DNA from: an uncultured Pirellulales bacterium
GTDB taxonomy: Bacteria > Planctomycetota > Phycisphaerae > Sedimentisphaerales > Anaerobacaceae
DNA length: 58,264 nucleotides
NCBI GenBank assembly: GCA_964476475.1
Contig: CAYZAT010000001.1
Span: forward strand, 1 to 58,264
Direction of reading: 5' to 3'
Of the stretch, positions 57,230 to 58,264 are shown piece after piece (position 1 is the stretch's first letter; each line of letters opens with the position of its first letter). The notes below the pieces were generated by a model, which had not been told where the DNA came from, ran no database searches, and worked only from the letters and a program-made list of their open reading frames with translations. The position numbers and the translations under genes were made by a program.

Positions 57230-58264
57230 ATGTCCATGAAGTCAGATGGGAAATATCAAGTCCCGATAGCTTTGGCTTTGTTAGCTGTGGCGTCTGTACT
57301 TTGGCTGATTGCCGCCCTGTTTATATTACGGATTGTCAACATCTTCGATGCCTACCTGATGAAATTTCCGGGGCCGTGGATTACCTTTGGGCTGATGGGG
57401 ATATGCCCATTGGCGGCGATGGTTCTCGGCGTCAAAATATTTCGACGGAGACGAAAACGGGCGTTGGGGTTAGCGTGCACGGTTGCCGGTGGATTGCTAT
57501 TGATTGCGTTCGTCATCGTCATAGGCATCCCCATTGTGCTCGGAATTCTCGAACCGGAGACACCCAAGAACCCCGACACGCCGAGGCCGTTTACACCATT
57601 GGTCGGATTACCGGTTTTTCCCGGTGCGGAAGGCTTCGGTACGGATACTCCGGCCGGGCGGGGTGGCCGCGTTATTGAGGTCACAACATTGGCAGACGAT
57701 GGCCCGGGTTCGCTCCGCGCCGCATTGAATGTTCCGGAACCCCGGATGATTGTCTTTCGCGTAGGCGGGACGATTGAGCTGGAAAAACAACTTTTCATCG
57801 CCCATCCATTCGTGACTGTGGCGGGCCAGACGGCCCCGGGCGGGGGCCTCTGCATTAAGAACGCCGGGCTGGTGATCCAGACTCACGATGTATTAGTCCA
57901 GCATATTCGTATCCGTCCGGGCAACAAAGGAAACGTCGAGCCGGATACGAACGACGCCGTCGAAATCCTCGGTCAGCGTGGCGATCCGGAGGGCGCCCAT
58001 CATGTCGTGCTGGACCACGTTTCGGCGAGCTGGTCGGAGGATGAAACGATCAGTACATGGTACGGCGCGCATGACGTGACCATTTGCTACTCGATCATCA
58101 GCGAGGCTCTCAATCGGAGCCGCCATCGTAAGCAAACGCACAGTGCAGGTCTGCTGATTGGAGACAGTTCCTACAATGTCTCGATCCATCATTGCCTCAT
58201 GGCTCACAACGACTTTCGCAATCCGTTGATCATCGAAGGGGGTACGCACGATATCGTCAATAAC
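57230..58264 (+). CDS. Pectate lyase (PL1-like) with a polytopic N-terminal membrane anchor; ORF continues past the right window edge
   Basis: Absent from the ORF track because there is no stop in the window. My translation gives MSMKSDGKYQVPIALALLAVASVLWLIAALFIL...GAEGFGTDTPAGRGGRVIEVTTLADDGPGSLRAAL...MIVFRVGGTIEL...VTVAGQTAPGGGLCIKNAGL...DHVSASWSEDE...HHCLMAHNDFRNPL. GGAGG lies at 57221-57225. Confidence 0.8.
   Translation, partial: MSMKSDGKYQVPIALALLAVASVLWLIAALFILRIVNIFDAYLMKFPGPWITFGLMGICPLAAMVLGVKIFRRRRKRALGLACTVAGGLLLIAFVIVIGIPIVLGILEPETPKNPDTPRPFTPLVGLPVFPGAEGFGTDTPAGRGGRVIEVTTLADDGPGSLRAALNVPEPRMIVFRVGGTIELEKQLFIAHPFVTVAGQTAPGGGLCIKNAGLVIQTHDVLVQHIRIRPGNKGNVEPDTNDAVEILGQRGDPEGAHHVVLDHVSASWSEDETISTWYGAHDVTICYSIISEALNRSRHRKQTHSAGLLIGDSSYNVSIHHCLMAHNDFRNPLIIEGGTHDIVNN

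Overview
58.3 kb of bacterial chromosome, read by hand from the sequence and the ORF track; no database searches were run. Gene content suggests a PVC-type, probably Planctomycetota/Phycisphaerae-like, polysaccharide degrader. That content includes a DUF1800/DUF1501 pair, a MoxR-DUF58-transglutaminase operon, a formylglycine sulfatase, GH2 beta-galactosidase, a GH140-like enzyme, a BNR_4 protein, a pectate lyase and many LamG-type exported proteins. I call about 32 protein genes, including two edge-truncated ORFs missing from the ORF track: a LamG-family N-terminus on the minus strand at 1-602 and a membrane-anchored pectate lyase at 57230-58264. I saw no rRNA, tRNA, CRISPR array, transposase or integrase. 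Three things stand out. (1) A seven-member paralogous family of exported proteins sits at two loci (1-6306 on the minus strand, 35067-44319 on the plus strand). Members share three ~95-aa beta-sandwich-like repeats and a ~190-aa C-terminal module ending IDDIRLY, but carry exchanged N-terminal heads (two LamG types, PA14, one unclassified). Each transcription unit has the same TTGACG-N18-TATAA(G/A) promoter, three of the four share a leader block (weaker in the fourth), and related 3' hairpins follow them. (2) A GC-rich double-hairpin repeat occurs intergenically and is also inserted in frame in three unrelated genes (HAD hydrolase, DUF1501, DUF58), which recalls Rickettsia palindromic elements. 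(3) An AT-rich ~95-bp palindromic element is present in three copies whose central stems differ by compensatory changes; one copy is translated inside the 5' end of a giant LTD-CotH ORF. Other points are a CXXCH/beta-propeller plus polytopic membrane protein pair, a membrane-anchored CIA30-MsrB-MsrA fusion, an AlkD-like/SAM-hydrolase/RNase-H-like/HAD operon, and an apparent frameshift that detaches the signal peptide of a YdjC-like deacetylase.
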